Assembly: GCA_033763895.1 (NCBI GenBank)
Contig: JANRJQ010000014.1
Span: forward strand, 68,926-132,925
Length of the DNA stretch: 64,000 nucleotides
Source: Chloroherpetonaceae bacterium
Lineage (GTDB): Bacteria; Bacteroidota; Chlorobiia; Chlorobiales; Thermochlorobacteraceae
Direction: 5' to 3'
The notes beneath the pieces were generated by a model. That model was not told the DNA's origin. It saw nothing but the letters and a program-made list of their open reading frames with translations, and ran no database searches. Below are positions 52,190-63,154 of the stretch, one piece after another (the first letter of the stretch is position 1; each line of letters starts with the position of its first letter). The translations under genes and the position numbers were made by a program.

Positions 52190-53437
52190 GTGACAAATAG
52201 AAGAAGAATTGCCATTACCGGAATTGGTGCAATTACACCGATTGGCGAAGGAAAAGATGCCTTTTGGGAATCTCTCAAAAACGGCGTTAGTGGTGCCGGG
52301 CCGATAACAGGCTTCGACGCTACCGGTTACGACACCACCTTTGGATGCGAGGTAAAAAATTTTGAGGTGACGAAGTATATCGATAAGAAAAGTTCACTAA
52401 GAATGGATCGTTATTGCCAATTCGGCGTTTCTGCTGCTGAAATGGCAATTAAAGACTCAGGGATTGATCTTAAATCGATTGATACCGGTAAGTTTGGCGT
52501 TGTCGTTGGGAGTGGTATAGGCGGAATGATTACCTACGATGCACAGTTTCGAAACTTATTGCAAGGCGGGCCAAGCCGTGTAAGCCCCTTCTTTGTTCCA
52601 ATGATGATTTCGGATATTTGTGCAGGTCAAATTTCGATTCGCAATGGACTACGAGGGCCAAACTACGCCACTGTTTCAGCTTGCGCAACATCGGTCAATG
52701 CGATTATCGATGCCTATATGATTATGCAACTTGAACTTGCCGACTATATGATTTGCGGAGGAGCTGAAGCTTCCATAACGCCGATGAGTGTTGCAGGATT
52801 TAACTCTGCTCGTGCACTTTCTACAAGAAACGACGACCCTCTCAAAGCTTCACGACCGTATGATAAAGACCGTGATGGTTTTGTTATTGGTGAAGGTTCA
52901 GGGGTTCTTCTTCTTGAAACGGTTGAATCTGCAATTGCTCGCGGGGCTCATATTTATGCGGAAATTGTTGGTGTTGGAATGAGTGCCGATGCCCATCACA
53001 TCACGGCTCCGCATCCGGAGGGTGAAGGCGTTATTCTTTGTATGAATATGGCAATGAGAACTGCTGGAATAAAGCCAGATCAGGTTGATTATATCAATAC
53101 CCACGGAACTTCCACGCAACTTGGCGATATCGCTGAATTGAAATCAATCAAAAAAGTTTTTGGTGAGCATTCCTATAAACTTAACATCAGTTCTTCCAAA
53201 TCGATGACAGGGCATTTGCTCGGAGCAGCCGGGGCCATTGAATCAATCGCTTGTGTTCTTGCAATTGCAAATCAAACCGTGCCGCCGACGATCAACATCG
53301 AAAATCTTGATCCTGAAGTTGATGTGAATGTCACGCCTAATACCGCTCAAAGTCGCAAGATTGACTATGCGCTCAATAACGGCTTCGGTTTTGGTGGTCA
53401 TAACGGAACCATCATCTTTAAGCGCTATCAAAGTTAA
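52190..53437 (+). CDS. fabF: 3-oxoacyl-ACP synthase II
   Basis: 415 aa with the active-site region ATVSACATS, HxxxH-type histidines (INTHGTST), and a C-terminal [17 protein letters not shown] start. Confidence 0.95.
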   Translation: MTNRRRIAITGIGAITPIGEGKDAFWESLKNGVSGAGPITGFDATGYDTTFGCEVKNFEVTKYIDKKSSLRMDRYCQFGVSAAEMAIKDSGIDLKSIDTGKFGVVVGSGIGGMITYDAQFRNLLQGGPSRVSPFFVPMMISDICAGQISIRNGLRGPNYATVSACATSVNAIIDAYMIMQLELADYMICGGAEASITPMSVAGFNSARALSTRNDDPLKASRPYDKDRDGFVIGEGSGVLLLETVESAIARGAHIYAEIVGVGMSADAHHITAPHPEGEGVILCMNMAMRTAGIKPDQVDYINTHGTSTQLGDIAELKSIKKVFGEHSYKLNISSSKSMTGHLLGAAGAIESIACVLAIANQTVPPTINIENLDPEVDVNVTPNTAQSRKIDYALNNGFGFGGHNGTIIFKRYQS

Positions 53438-53461
53438 CTTCAACGATACATTCTTGTTTCT

Positions 53462-53491
53462 GGGCACTTACTGTAGGGTGCCCTTTTTTTT
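53462..53491 (+). terminator. Rho-independent terminator after fabF
   Basis: gggcac-10 nt-gtgccc followed by T8. Confidence 0.6.
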
Positions 53492-53586
53492 GACGATATT
53501 CAGCGGAAGTCTCATTAAAAAAGATATCACCAAAAACCCTATATTTCATTTTGCGATATCGCTGAAAAGCAACACAAAGTGAAAAA

Positions 53587-54492
53587 ATGAGGGCAATCAA
53601 AAGTTTTGCGTATTGGCTCAAAGAGCGTGCACCCATTTTTTTTGGTTTACCTTCTCCCTCAAAAACGGAATTAATCGCCCCGTTGCAATATCCCTCGGTG
53701 TCTTTACTTGACATTAATCTTCATGAATTGAAGCGGAGCGCATCTTATTTATCGGGTTATCCGATTCGCGATGTTTCGCTTTTCGCACTTGCGCTTACTC
53801 ACCGCTCTGTGTTGGATAGCCTTCGGGACGAGCGAATTCTTTCGAACGAACGTTTAGAATTTTTAGGTGATGCTGTGCTTGACTTAGCGGTTGGAGAATA
53901 TTTATTTCACAATTACGCTCAGTTTGATGAAGGGAAGCTAACAAAATTACGGTCTCAAGTGGTGAATGCAAAAACCCTAAGTATTTTTGCACGCAAACTT
54001 GAACTCGGAAAGCTCTTAATTGTCAGCGATTCAGCTGAGTCGATTGGTGTTCGAGATAGCGAAACCACTCTTTCAGATGCGTTTGAAGCCTTAATTGGGG
54101 CAATATATCTGGATGGTGGATATGAAAGAGCCAATCAATTTCTGCATCACCACCTTCTGAGTCAACTTGACTTTGCGGCGCTTATTGATACAGATGAAAA
54201 TTATAAAAGTGCCTTGCTTGAATATGCACAAGCTCAGCGATTGCCATATCCCACTTATCTCGTCCTAAATGAAGATGGGCCTTCCCACAAAAAGATTTTT
54301 ACGGTTGGCGTTCGCTTAGGCGATGACTATCTGGGTTATGGATCAGGCAAGAACAAAAAAACGGCGGAGCAGTTGGCGGCAAAAGAAGCACTTGATAAAA
54401 TCAAAACAAAAAAACTGGAAAAGTCTTTAAGGGCTAATGCATTCGCAGCAGAAAAAACAAATATTGAGCTAAATTCCGGAAGGATGGGATAA
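53587..54492 (+). CDS. rnc: Ribonuclease III (start uncertain; may begin at a TTG roughly 45 codons downstream)
   Basis: ALTHRS and the signature ERLEFLGDAVLDL, plus a C-terminal dsRBD (GPSHKKIFTV...GSGKNKKTAEQLAAKEAL). Confidence 0.9.
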   Translation: MRAIKSFAYWLKERAPIFFGLPSPSKTELIAPLQYPSVSLLDINLHELKRSASYLSGYPIRDVSLFALALTHRSVLDSLRDERILSNERLEFLGDAVLDLAVGEYLFHNYAQFDEGKLTKLRSQVVNAKTLSIFARKLELGKLLIVSDSAESIGVRDSETTLSDAFEALIGAIYLDGGYERANQFLHHHLLSQLDFAALIDTDENYKSALLEYAQAQRLPYPTYLVLNEDGPSHKKIFTVGVRLGDDYLGYGSGKNKKTAEQLAAKEALDKIKTKKLEKSLRANAFAAEKTNIELNSGRMG

Positions 54493-54516
54493 GAAAGCCT
54501 TCCGTGAAGAATTGGT

Positions 54517-55836
54517 TCAGGACGGTTCTACTTGTTTCAGTAACCGCTCCCGCTCTCCGGCCTCAACCCAAGTGGCAACGGTTAAATCTCCGGTAACATT
54601 TACCACTGTTCGGCTCATGTCTAAAATTCGCTCAACCCCTAAGATAATTCCAATACCCTCCGCCGGGACACCAATTTGTTGAAGCACAACCACAATCAGC
54701 GGAAGCGACGCCCCCGGAACGCCGGCAGTTCCAATGCTTGCAACCACGGCTAAAAAAACCACTTGAATTTGCTGCACAAAGGTTAAATCAATTCCATAAA
54801 ATTGAGCGATAAAAAGAACCGTCATCCCCTCGAAAAGCGCTGTTCCATTATGATTAGTTGATGCCCCAATTACCAACACAAAATTTGAAACATCCTTATT
54901 GAGCTTCAATTCTTCATGCGCAACTTTCAGGGTTGTGGGTAAGGTTGCCGATGAGGAACTGGTAGAAAGCGCCGTGAGCATTGCTTCTCGAATTGCTCGG
55001 AAAAATGCCAATGGACTTCGCTTTGCGCCAAACCAAACCACAAGGCTGTAGGTCACAAATTGATGAAGGGCAAGGGCAAGAAGAACGGCCGCTACATACT
55101 TTCCAAGCAGCACAACCACTTGCAGCCCCAATTGTGACGATGTGGTGAAAATCAATGCTGCGACCCCCAGTGGCGCAAGCTTCATCGCAAACGAAATAAT
55201 TTTCAACGAAACGGCGTAAATAGCTTGAATCCCACGAGCCAGTGGCCCAACGGTTTCCGCCGGAAGTCTTGTCATTGCGGCCCCAAACACAACAGCAAAG
55301 AACATGATTGCAATTAACCCACCGCCACGATAGTTTGGATCAAGGAAGAAGGTCAGTTCGATAAAGAGATTTCGAGGGATGATATCAAGCAAGGTTTGTA
55401 GTGAGCTTTTGGCATCACTGGCTTTGGTTACAATTGCGCTGGTTTGTTGATTATGTGCAAGCAACGAAAGAAGTTTTTCCTTTCCGGCGGCGTCAATTCC
55501 TTTGCCGGGCATAATGATATCGGTAATGATTGCACCGGTAACGACCGCGAGTGTTGCAACAATAAAAGTAAAGAAGAGGGTTTTTGCGCCAATTCTCCCA
55601 ATTTTTCGTAGGTCTCCTAAATCATATACACCTAAAACAAGCGAAGTAAAAATAAGCGGCGCAATCACCATAAATATCATCCTGAGAAATATCTGTCCAA
55701 TCGGATAAGCGACCGAAGTGGCAACCCACTTCACCTCCGGACTTTCAGGGAAAAGAAGATTTGCCCCAAGACCAAAAAAAAGTCCGATCAGAAGCCCAAG
55801 AAAGATTTGTGTATGAAACGGAATATTTTTGAACAT
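54517..55836 (-). CDS. Dicarboxylate/amino acid:cation symporter (DAACS family)
   Basis: 439 aa and polytopic, with SSSSATLPTT and NHNGTALFEG motifs. Confidence 0.9.
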   Translation of the reverse strand: MFKNIPFHTQIFLGLLIGLFFGLGANLLFPESPEVKWVATSVAYPIGQIFLRMIFMVIAPLIFTSLVLGVYDLGDLRKIGRIGAKTLFFTFIVATLAVVTGAIITDIIMPGKGIDAAGKEKLLSLLAHNQQTSAIVTKASDAKSSLQTLLDIIPRNLFIELTFFLDPNYRGGGLIAIMFFAVVFGAAMTRLPAETVGPLARGIQAIYAVSLKIISFAMKLAPLGVAALIFTTSSQLGLQVVVLLGKYVAAVLLALALHQFVTYSLVVWFGAKRSPLAFFRAIREAMLTALSTSSSSATLPTTLKVAHEELKLNKDVSNFVLVIGASTNHNGTALFEGMTVLFIAQFYGIDLTFVQQIQVVFLAVVASIGTAGVPGASLPLIVVVLQQIGVPAEGIGIILGVERILDMSRTVVNVTGDLTVATWVEAGERERLLKQVEPS

Positions 55837-55882
55837 GCCTTAAAATCTACATTGATGTGAAACTGCTAAATACGCATAAGTT

Positions 55883-57463
55883 TCAAAATGAAACGGAGTT
55901 CTCAAAAATGATGTCCAATCTGCCAAGATCATTAAAGGCGAAATCCAACCTCACCGTTACACGATATCCCCCCACCAAAACAATCCCGAAACCATACCCA
56001 TATTTATAGGCTTGCCAATCGAATTTGGTTTGGCGTGATCCGTTAAATCTTGTGGCAGGGTTATACCAAATATTGCCTGCATCAAAAAAGGTTGTAATGA
56101 AAAGCGCATATTGAAAAAGTTGAAACTGCTCAAGGGGCATAAAATCGAGCGTGGTTGTTCGAAGTGAAATAAGTGGATATCGCATTTCCACTGAATTGAA
56201 TTGGATATTATCTCCGGCAAAGATTCGCTGTGTATAACCTCGAACGGCTAATCGATAACCAAAAAATTGACGTTCAAAATTGGGAACGGGTTTATTGGTA
56301 GAAAGGCTAGTAAAGTTTCGGAAGCCTAGACTGAGTTCGCCCCAAATTTTTTCATAGATGCGAAAATCGAGATACGCTCGTGTAAGATTAAACGATTCTG
56401 TTGATTCGCTGGGGAACCCTTGCTGTTCAAGTCCGAAATAGGCAAAAATTCCTTCGCGCGGACACTGATTGAGATCCGTTTGTGAATAACTATATGCCAA
56501 AAATACGCTTGGGTAACGGTCTCTTCCGTTCTTATCGATTGCGGCGGCAGGTTGTGTGGAGAGTATTTCAGGAGGTTGCACATAGGAATTTAAGCTAAAG
56601 GTAGCCCCAATGGATTCGAAGGTAGAAAGCCGCTGAGTGATGGAAGCCGAAACACCGAGTGTGTATTGGGTATATCGCGCGACTTCCTCAGTTACGGGGT
56701 CGAGGGCAAGATTATTAAGCTCTCGGTATATGGTTGAAATCCCAAATCCAGTTCGGGTTCTTCCAAAAAAGTATGGTGTATAGTAACCAAGGCGAATATA
56801 CGGGTCAAAGCCGACCCCAAAGCCCAAAGAGAGGGCGTCGCTATAACCGGTTAGATTTTGGTGCGTTACGGTTAATCCCCAATTGATATTCGCGATAGTC
56901 GGGTTCCGAATCCATTGCGTCATACTGATTCCGCGGAGTTCCGCACGCGGTTGTGGAAAGATGTACCACCTTTCATAAACGGAGATGAGAACCGCAATAA
57001 TAGGTTCTCCTGTAGCGTCGGCTTCTGCTTGCAAACGGCGACGAACTGATGTGAGGAGAGTGTCTTCGTCTGTTAGGCTCACTGGTGTGCTATCTTGAGG
57101 TAAAAACTCACGGGCAGAAACTTGGACAAGATTAAATAGCTGAAGATTATAAACGCGCTGTTGAGAAAGTTGCATTGCTCGTAAGGTCAGGGTATCTCCG
57201 GGCTGAAGAAATAATTCTTGTTCAATCACAAAATCTTGGGTGAGAGAATTTCCAATGATTTGAATCTTTGTAATAGGCTTTCCTATGCAACGAGCGCTTT
57301 CAAGTGGGCTAAAACCTCGTCGGAGTGAAGGTTCATCGGCTTCAACGATGTTTGGCAAAATGAACGAAAGGCAAAGCCAAAAGATGACTAGACCAAGCCT
57401 CGCTATGCGTTTATTGCTGATGATGATTTTCAAATGGCTGAACCGTGTTAAGCCGATGGGCAT
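55883..57463 (-). CDS. Omp85/BamA-family outer-membrane protein (POTRA plus surface-antigen barrel)
   Basis: POTRA-like ITKIQIIGNSLTQDFVIEQELFLQPGD, a barrel with alternating aromatic pattern, and a C-terminal ...IIFENSVSF. Confidence 0.7.
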   Translation of the reverse strand: MPIGLTRFSHLKIIISNKRIARLGLVIFWLCLSFILPNIVEADEPSLRRGFSPLESARCIGKPITKIQIIGNSLTQDFVIEQELFLQPGDTLTLRAMQLSQQRVYNLQLFNLVQVSAREFLPQDSTPVSLTDEDTLLTSVRRRLQAEADATGEPIIAVLISVYERWYIFPQPRAELRGISMTQWIRNPTIANINWGLTVTHQNLTGYSDALSLGFGVGFDPYIRLGYYTPYFFGRTRTGFGISTIYRELNNLALDPVTEEVARYTQYTLGVSASITQRLSTFESIGATFSLNSYVQPPEILSTQPAAAIDKNGRDRYPSVFLAYSYSQTDLNQCPREGIFAYFGLEQQGFPSESTESFNLTRAYLDFRIYEKIWGELSLGFRNFTSLSTNKPVPNFERQFFGYRLAVRGYTQRIFAGDNIQFNSVEMRYPLISLRTTTLDFMPLEQFQLFQYALFITTFFDAGNIWYNPATRFNGSRQTKFDWQAYKYGYGFGIVLVGGYRVTVRLDFAFNDLGRLDIIFENSVSF

Positions 57464-58256
57464 TCAAAAAATTGAGGGCGTAGTGGTTGAAGATTTCAGG
57501 TTGATCAACATTGCAAACATGTCCTGAATTATGAACAATTTGCAATTTGGAATAACTGTGTCTTCTCACGATCGCCTGAACGGGAGGAAGAAACATATAA
57601 TCTTCTTCACCCATTAAATAAAGGGTTGGTATAGGTAATTCTTTCTCTTTGAAATATCTCAATAAGGGATTGGCTTCATTGGTGAGCTTAAACCACTTAA
57701 TAAACTCCTTTTGACATAATTTTTTGGCTTCGTTGATAAACATCAATCGAGATTCTTTATGCCTTTTCCGTGGCATAATAATCCAAGCAAAAAGTGAATA
57801 AAGCCACATGTAAGGAATGAAGCGCTTAACCAAGTGCCCTGAAAATATGAGCAATTTCGAACGAACATTCAAGCGAGTAATAGCACCGCCCAAAATCATG
57901 CTTTGGACACGATTAGGATCAATTTCGCCGATTGAGCGGATGATGATGGTTCCTAAAGAAATGCCAATAAAGTGAGCTTTGAAAATACCCGCATCGTTGA
58001 GTGTTTCGATAATTTCTTTGGCTATCTCATCGAAAGTGTAATTCGCTTTTGCGGAAGTACCAAAAGCTAGATGACTTGAGCGGCCGTGTCCTCGAAGATC
58101 AATCAGCATCAAATTAAAATGCTCTTTGAAATCGCGCAGCTGTTTGTACCAAATGCTCGAACTTCCCCCTGCGCCGTGAATAAACACAACCCAGTCTTTT
58201 TCGGGAGATAAAACAAAGGTTTTATAATGTAGTGCCGACATGTGTTTTTGACCCAT
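57411..58256 (-). CDS. Alpha/beta hydrolase
   Basis: HGAGGSS oxyanion region, nucleophile elbow GISLGT, and a C-terminal SGH. Confidence 0.8.
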   Translation of the reverse strand: MGQKHMSALHYKTFVLSPEKDWVVFIHGAGGSSSIWYKQLRDFKEHFNLMLIDLRGHGRSSHLAFGTSAKANYTFDEIAKEIIETLNDAGIFKAHFIGISLGTIIIRSIGEIDPNRVQSMILGGAITRLNVRSKLLIFSGHLVKRFIPYMWLYSLFAWIIMPRKRHKESRLMFINEAKKLCQKEFIKWFKLTNEANPLLRYFKEKELPIPTLYLMGEEDYMFLPPVQAIVRRHSYSKLQIVHNSGHVCNVDQPEIFNHYALNFLNAHRLNTVQPFENHHQQ

Positions 58257-58369
58257 CTATCCTCATTTCTCTGCGCCTTGAATATACAAACAAAATTTCC
58301 TTCAAGGTTTTGAAAGTTTTCGTTACGGTTTTTTTGGCAAAGGAACTTCTCAAGAATTGACTACGTTAG

Positions 58370-58912
58370 ATGTTAAAAAAGGAAAGTTCACTTATGATTA
58401 TGGCAACATTTTTGAAATCCCTCAAATGGTATCACGGTATTATTTTTTATATCGCGATTAACCTTCTATCCGGCGGAAGATTAGCAACTCGAGAATATCT
58501 TGATACGGTGGGAAGACCCCCTTTTATGCCACCGGATTGGGCTTTTGCTCCGGTATGGATTACCCTTCAAATCTTCATGATTATTGCCGGATTTAAACTT
58601 ATCCAAGTCCTAACTGAGGAAACTCGCGGAGAATCTCTTTTAATCAGTTACTCTCTTCTTTGGGCATTTTTTTCAATGTTCAGTTGGTTTTATTTTGGGC
58701 TTCACAGTCCTATCCTTGGGTTTCTGACAACATTCGGAATGTTTTTGAATAATGTCTTTAATTTATCCTCCGGCTTTCAATTAAAGAATAAAGCATTTGC
58801 TTGGCTTCTTACACCGCTGATGGTTTGGCTCACAATCGCTTCCGCCATCGCGGGATGGCAGATGCTTTACACGCCTGATGAGCTTTTTGGAACCTCAGCT
58901 TTTTTGAATTAA
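58370..58912 (+). CDS. TspO/MBR-family tryptophan-rich sensory protein
   Basis: PPFMPPDWAFAPVWITLQIFMIIAG and five TM segments. The true start may be an internal Met. Confidence 0.75.
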   Translation: MLKKESSLMIMATFLKSLKWYHGIIFYIAINLLSGGRLATREYLDTVGRPPFMPPDWAFAPVWITLQIFMIIAGFKLIQVLTEETRGESLLISYSLLWAFFSMFSWFYFGLHSPILGFLTTFGMFLNNVFNLSSGFQLKNKAFAWLLTPLMVWLTIASAIAGWQMLYTPDELFGTSAFLN

Positions 58913-58915
58913 ATA

Positions 58916-59287
58916 ATGGTTGCGGTTGCATTTATTCTTATCGTTCTTGTTGCCTTGCTTCACGCCTATTTTTTGGTTCTTGAAATGTTTCTTTGGGAGA
59001 CCGTAGGAAAACGAACATTCAAAGGGTCAATGCCCGATGAAATGTTTGCATCAACGAAAACACTGGCTGCAAATCAGGGATTGTATAACGGGTTTCTCTC
59101 ACTTGGACTATTTTGGAGTCTCTGGATTTCAGATCCGATTTGGAAGTGGAATGTTGCACTATTTTTTTTAGGGTGCGTAACCTTAGCGGGAATCTATGGG
59201 GCGTATTCGGTATCTCGTAAAATATTCTTCGTTCAAGCACTCCCGGCAATCCTCGGAATTCTTGCAATCCTTTTGGCATCTCGTTAA
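58916..59287 (+). CDS. DUF1304 membrane protein
   Basis: LLHAYFLVLEMFLWETVGKRTF...LAANQGLYNGFLSLGLFWSL. Confidence 0.75.
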   Translation: MVAVAFILIVLVALLHAYFLVLEMFLWETVGKRTFKGSMPDEMFASTKTLAANQGLYNGFLSLGLFWSLWISDPIWKWNVALFFLGCVTLAGIYGAYSVSRKIFFVQALPAILGILAILLASR

Positions 59288-59409
59288 AAGAAGAATCGGC
59301 AAGATGAGATTCATTTCAAGTAATTTTCTAAAACTGCTCTGAATGTGTTTCATCTTATCAATTCTTCATTACGCTTAACTTTTTTTTTACCTTTTTACAA
59401 GTTAATCAG

Positions 59410-60063
59410 TTATTCATTTTCGCGTTCGGGAGCCTCAGGTAATCCGCCGTTTTCTTTCATTTGCTCGCGCCTTGCTGCACGAATGACTTTAGTGATATCG
59501 CGAAGAAAATCACGCTCGAAGATGACAAGTTCTGCGGCTTGACGGGCAGAAAGCATTTCTCGAAAATTTGAAAGATACTTCGGCAAAATTTCGGTAGAAG
59601 CGTTTCGCAATTCGAGCACTTCGCGTGTTTTGGCATCGATTTCTTTTTCAGAACCATTTCCCATTTGCAATTGCTCTAAGTCTTTCATTGCGCCTTGAAG
59701 CCGCTTGAAATTATCGGTAAATTCATCTTGATATTTGCTATAGCGTTCCATAAAGCGTTCGCGCTGTTCTGCGGAAAGTTTTAAGCGCTCCGACATTTTC
59801 TCTGCTTGAAACTTTCTCACCATCAGTGTGAAGCGATCTTGCTGTTGAGCTCGGTTTTCGAGGCGATCTTGAGCCCCCGGTCGCTCGCGATTTTCGCGTT
59901 GTTCAGCGCGAGCTTTTCGCTGTTCTGAAGTAGGTCGCTCTCTTTCTTGAGAAAACCCGTTGGATGCGCCCACAGATAGGCTTATAGAAAGTATCAGCAA
60001 TGCCAAGAAATGCCTTGAAGCAAGTAGAACATTGTTGCACCGGCTGAAATAAAAGGAAATCAT
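59410..60063 (-). CDS. Periplasmic Spy/CpxP-like (LTXXQ-type) protein
   Basis: Start moved to the Met at 60063, which gives a signal peptide. The protein is helical and Arg/Glu/Gln-rich, with LSAEQRERF and LSARQAAEL repeats. Confidence 0.55.
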   Translation of the reverse strand: MISFYFSRCNNVLLASRHFLALLILSISLSVGASNGFSQERERPTSEQRKARAEQRENRERPGAQDRLENRAQQQDRFTLMVRKFQAEKMSERLKLSAEQRERFMERYSKYQDEFTDNFKRLQGAMKDLEQLQMGNGSEKEIDAKTREVLELRNASTEILPKYLSNFREMLSARQAAELVIFERDFLRDITKVIRAARREQMKENGGLPEAPERENE

Positions 60064-60073
60064 CGATTGATTG

Positions 60074-60679
60074 TTATAGTGTTTGAATAAGTGTTTGAAT
60101 GTCTTCTGGTGAAAGGGTTTGATAAGCATCGCCTTCTTCCTCATCTGTCGATTCAGATTCTGCCGCCTCAAAAGCCCGACTCAATTCTTCCATTGAAAAT
60201 TCGCTGACGGCTAAATCCTTTTCAGCATTGACTTCCGCCTCGCTGGCAGTGAACCCTGCAGCAAATTGCCAAACCGAAAGTGAAGTAAGGTCTTCCTCAG
60301 AATGTTTCACTGCAAATAAAATTTGACGCTCAAGTTTCACGGCATTGAGTTTGGCCATTACAGGAGCTTGTTCAGTTTGCAAATCAGATGCTTTTGTGAA
60401 AATGAACACCGCAAGAATCACGGAAGCCATAGCTCCTGAAAGCCTTGCATAAGCGAAACTGCCGCTTTCGAGAATAAAAAATTCTTTTACGGTTTTTATC
60501 AACCCGCGCCAGCCCAATTCTTGCTCATTGGAAATCCGTTGAATTAGCCGATTCGAAAAGTTTGCGAAGTAGAGTGGCGTAGCATCCTTCTTTCCCTTTC
60601 GAAACGATGCATCAGAACCTCGCTTCAATATCGAAGTAACTGAACCTGAACTTTCGTACTGTGATTGATTTCGTGACAT
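60074..60679 (-). CDS. Putative single-pass anti-sigma factor
   Basis: 201 aa with a central TM segment (GAMASVILAVFIF). It lies immediately downstream of the ECF sigma gene. Confidence 0.45.
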   Translation of the reverse strand: MSRNQSQYESSGSVTSILKRGSDASFRKGKKDATPLYFANFSNRLIQRISNEQELGWRGLIKTVKEFFILESGSFAYARLSGAMASVILAVFIFTKASDLQTEQAPVMAKLNAVKLERQILFAVKHSEEDLTSLSVWQFAAGFTASEAEVNAEKDLAVSEFSMEELSRAFEAAESESTDEEEGDAYQTLSPEDIQTLIQTL

Positions 60680-60745
60680 GTTTTTCTTCTTTTCCGTCTT
60701 TAATACACTTTTTCGATTGTCTAAAAAAGAATTTCGTTTCTTTTT

Positions 60746-61348
60746 TTAATCTTCTTTAAGATGATCTTTAAGAGACCCCAAAGGTTCTTTCAAATTAAAG
60801 CGTTGTTTTAAAAAGGCCTCTACTTTTGATAGGGCGTGAAAGTAGTTCGCTTTCAAACCACCCACACTTGTACCCGTTACTTCTGCAATTTGCTCGTAAC
60901 TCATTTCATCATAGTATCGCATCACAAAAACGGCGCGCTGCTTTTCTGGTAATGACGCAATTGCATCTTCGACAGCGGCACGCTCTTCATCAAGCATCAT
61001 CGATTCATCCGGCGAAATATCCGAAGCGGCCGGGTCTTCGACCAAGTCGTCAATTGAACTTGCCCGCCGAACCGTTTGCGAGCGAATCATATTGATGGTT
61101 TCGTTGGTTGCAATTCGATACGCCCAAGTAAAAAACTCCGATGTTTCGTTAAAATTATCCAACGCATGATACATTTTGATAAATGCATTTTGCGCGGCGT
61201 CATCGGCATCGTCGTGCGAATTGAGCATTCTTCGACATACCCAATAAACCCGTTCTTGATACTTTCGGACAAGTTCATTGAAAGCCTTCTCGCGCTCGTT
61301 TCCTTTTGAAGTTTTGAAAACGGCGATAATCTCGCGGTCAGCCTTCAT
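60746..61348 (-). CDS. ECF-type RNA polymerase sigma-70 factor
   Basis: Region 2 (DDAAQNAFIKMYHALDNFNETSEFFTWAYRIATNETIN) and region 4 (LPEKQRAVFVMRYYDEMSYEQIAEVTGTSVGGLKANYFHA). Confidence 0.9.
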   Translation of the reverse strand: MKADREIIAVFKTSKGNEREKAFNELVRKYQERVYWVCRRMLNSHDDADDAAQNAFIKMYHALDNFNETSEFFTWAYRIATNETINMIRSQTVRRASSIDDLVEDPAASDISPDESMMLDEERAAVEDAIASLPEKQRAVFVMRYYDEMSYEQIAEVTGTSVGGLKANYFHALSKVEAFLKQRFNLKEPLGSLKDHLKED

Positions 61349-61573
61349 TCGAGAATTTTATCTTATGGCCATTCGGCATTCATTTGCTCCACTGCCCATT
61401 CGTTTTGAGTATGACTCAATCAATGGTATTTCGGTTTAATTGAAAATCACATTTTTTCTTCAAAATCACCTCGATTTCGTTAAAACCGGATGATTTTTCA
61501 ATCGGATGATGTTCAGCACCGATTTTTTGTTTTTAATTAAGATTAAGTTATTAGAAATTTCTGATGCAGTTGC

Positions 61574-63136
61574 TCAATTTTTTTGACTGCTTTTAATTTT
61601 ATACACTCTGCTCATTGCGGTTCGTGAAAGCCAATCATTGACATTGAACACCGTCATCCACTCTGGAATCGTTTGCGCAAATAGCATTGTTTGAAGACCG
61701 TACTCCTCAAATTCATTTGTTCGGTCGCGCCCTTCACACACCACCCAAATCTCTTCACCTGATAAGGTCAGTTTTGCCAAATTTTCAATAGAATCGACCC
61801 TTTCAATTTTAAGCCCTTCAGGTTTGTAGAACGAGGCATTAAGCCCCACATTGCCGTAAAATGTGGCTTGATAGCCATAAATCACCCGTTTTTCTTTCGG
61901 CAAATTTTGAAACTCATGATAAATGGCTTGATAAACGGGGGCGGTCTCGTTTGCAGGTCGAAAAGAACTGATAACAAGTAAAATCCCGTTAAGAGTTACA
62001 AAGGTGATTTTCAGCCCTTTTGTAAGAAAAGTCGTTTTTAGATTTTCCCATTTCTTATGGAGATTTTCGTTGCTTAGGAGTCCATCAACTCCCAAAGCAG
62101 CGATTATCGATAGGAGATGCACAACAGGAAAAAGAAATCTCATTTCTTTATGCCCTACAGCGGAGTGACCAATCACGAATGCAAGAAATGCCCAAACAGC
62201 GGGATGACGGAATGATTTCCACAGAGCCAAGGTAACAGCTCCTAAGAGTGCGATACTCAAGGGTGGCGCTGCTGTAGCGATAAACTCCGTCAGATACCAC
62301 CAAATCGGTTGAACACCGAATTCAGCGGCTTTATGTTCAAGTATGTTGATTCGAAAATAATTCCACGCCACGGGTTCAAAGCCTCCATAAAACCAAACAT
62401 CAGCCATTACCCCAATTCCGGTTGCAACGAAGAAACCAAATGCCATTAACGCCCATTTCATAAAAGAAAATCTTCCACAAATCAGCATCCAAAGCCCAAA
62501 ACCAAGAATTCCAAATGCCATTTGATATCGAAAGAGAAACGCAAACCCAAAGAATAAACCGGCTGCAAAAAAGCTTTGGCTCTGCATTGGTTGATTCGAT
62601 TCTTTTTTGTTCAAAAACGAGGAAATACCAAATGCAAAAAACGCAGCTGAAAAGCTTTCTCCTGAAAATCTTGAATGCAAATAGGGTAAGAACCATAGAA
62701 TGAAGCTTCCCCATAAAAAGCTTGTGCGCGCTTCTTGATGACTTAGCCCTGAAATGCCGTTCTTAATCACCATTAATCCTGCCAATAAATTAACACCTGC
62801 AGCGAGCAAACGAAGAATGAAAGCAAGGGTAAAGGGCGAGTAGAGATTGAAGGAAATCATTGCTTTTCCGATGACGAAGGCAATGAGGGGCTGAAGCGCC
62901 GGTCTCATGTTATTTTCAAATTCCCACGCCAAATCGACTTCGGGCGTGAACCCGAGCTTATAGGAAGCGAATTCAAGGACTTGGAAATGCTCGTCTGCCT
63001 GATGATACCCGATGTTGAAAAAAGCGGCAAAGAAGTGAAATCCGAGAGAAAGGAAAAACCATTTGCGCCACACCTTTTTTTCTTCAATGCTTAGCCCAAG
63101 CGTGAAGAAATCGTGAAGTTGATGAATCATTTTCAT
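61574..63136 (-). CDS. GT-C membrane mannosyltransferase, Alg9/PIG-B-like (GT22-like)
   Basis: 520 aa and polytopic. The first loop motif YHQADEHFQVLEFA resembles the HPDExFQ motif of GT22 enzymes. Confidence 0.6.
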   Translation of the reverse strand: MKMIHQLHDFFTLGLSIEEKKVWRKWFFLSLGFHFFAAFFNIGYHQADEHFQVLEFASYKLGFTPEVDLAWEFENNMRPALQPLIAFVIGKAMISFNLYSPFTLAFILRLLAAGVNLLAGLMVIKNGISGLSHQEARTSFLWGSFILWFLPYLHSRFSGESFSAAFFAFGISSFLNKKESNQPMQSQSFFAAGLFFGFAFLFRYQMAFGILGFGLWMLICGRFSFMKWALMAFGFFVATGIGVMADVWFYGGFEPVAWNYFRINILEHKAAEFGVQPIWWYLTEFIATAAPPLSIALLGAVTLALWKSFRHPAVWAFLAFVIGHSAVGHKEMRFLFPVVHLLSIIAALGVDGLLSNENLHKKWENLKTTFLTKGLKITFVTLNGILLVISSFRPANETAPVYQAIYHEFQNLPKEKRVIYGYQATFYGNVGLNASFYKPEGLKIERVDSIENLAKLTLSGEEIWVVCEGRDRTNEFEEYGLQTMLFAQTIPEWMTVFNVNDWLSRTAMSRVYKIKSSQKN

Positions 63137-63154
63137 GTTGATTTTCCCTAATCT

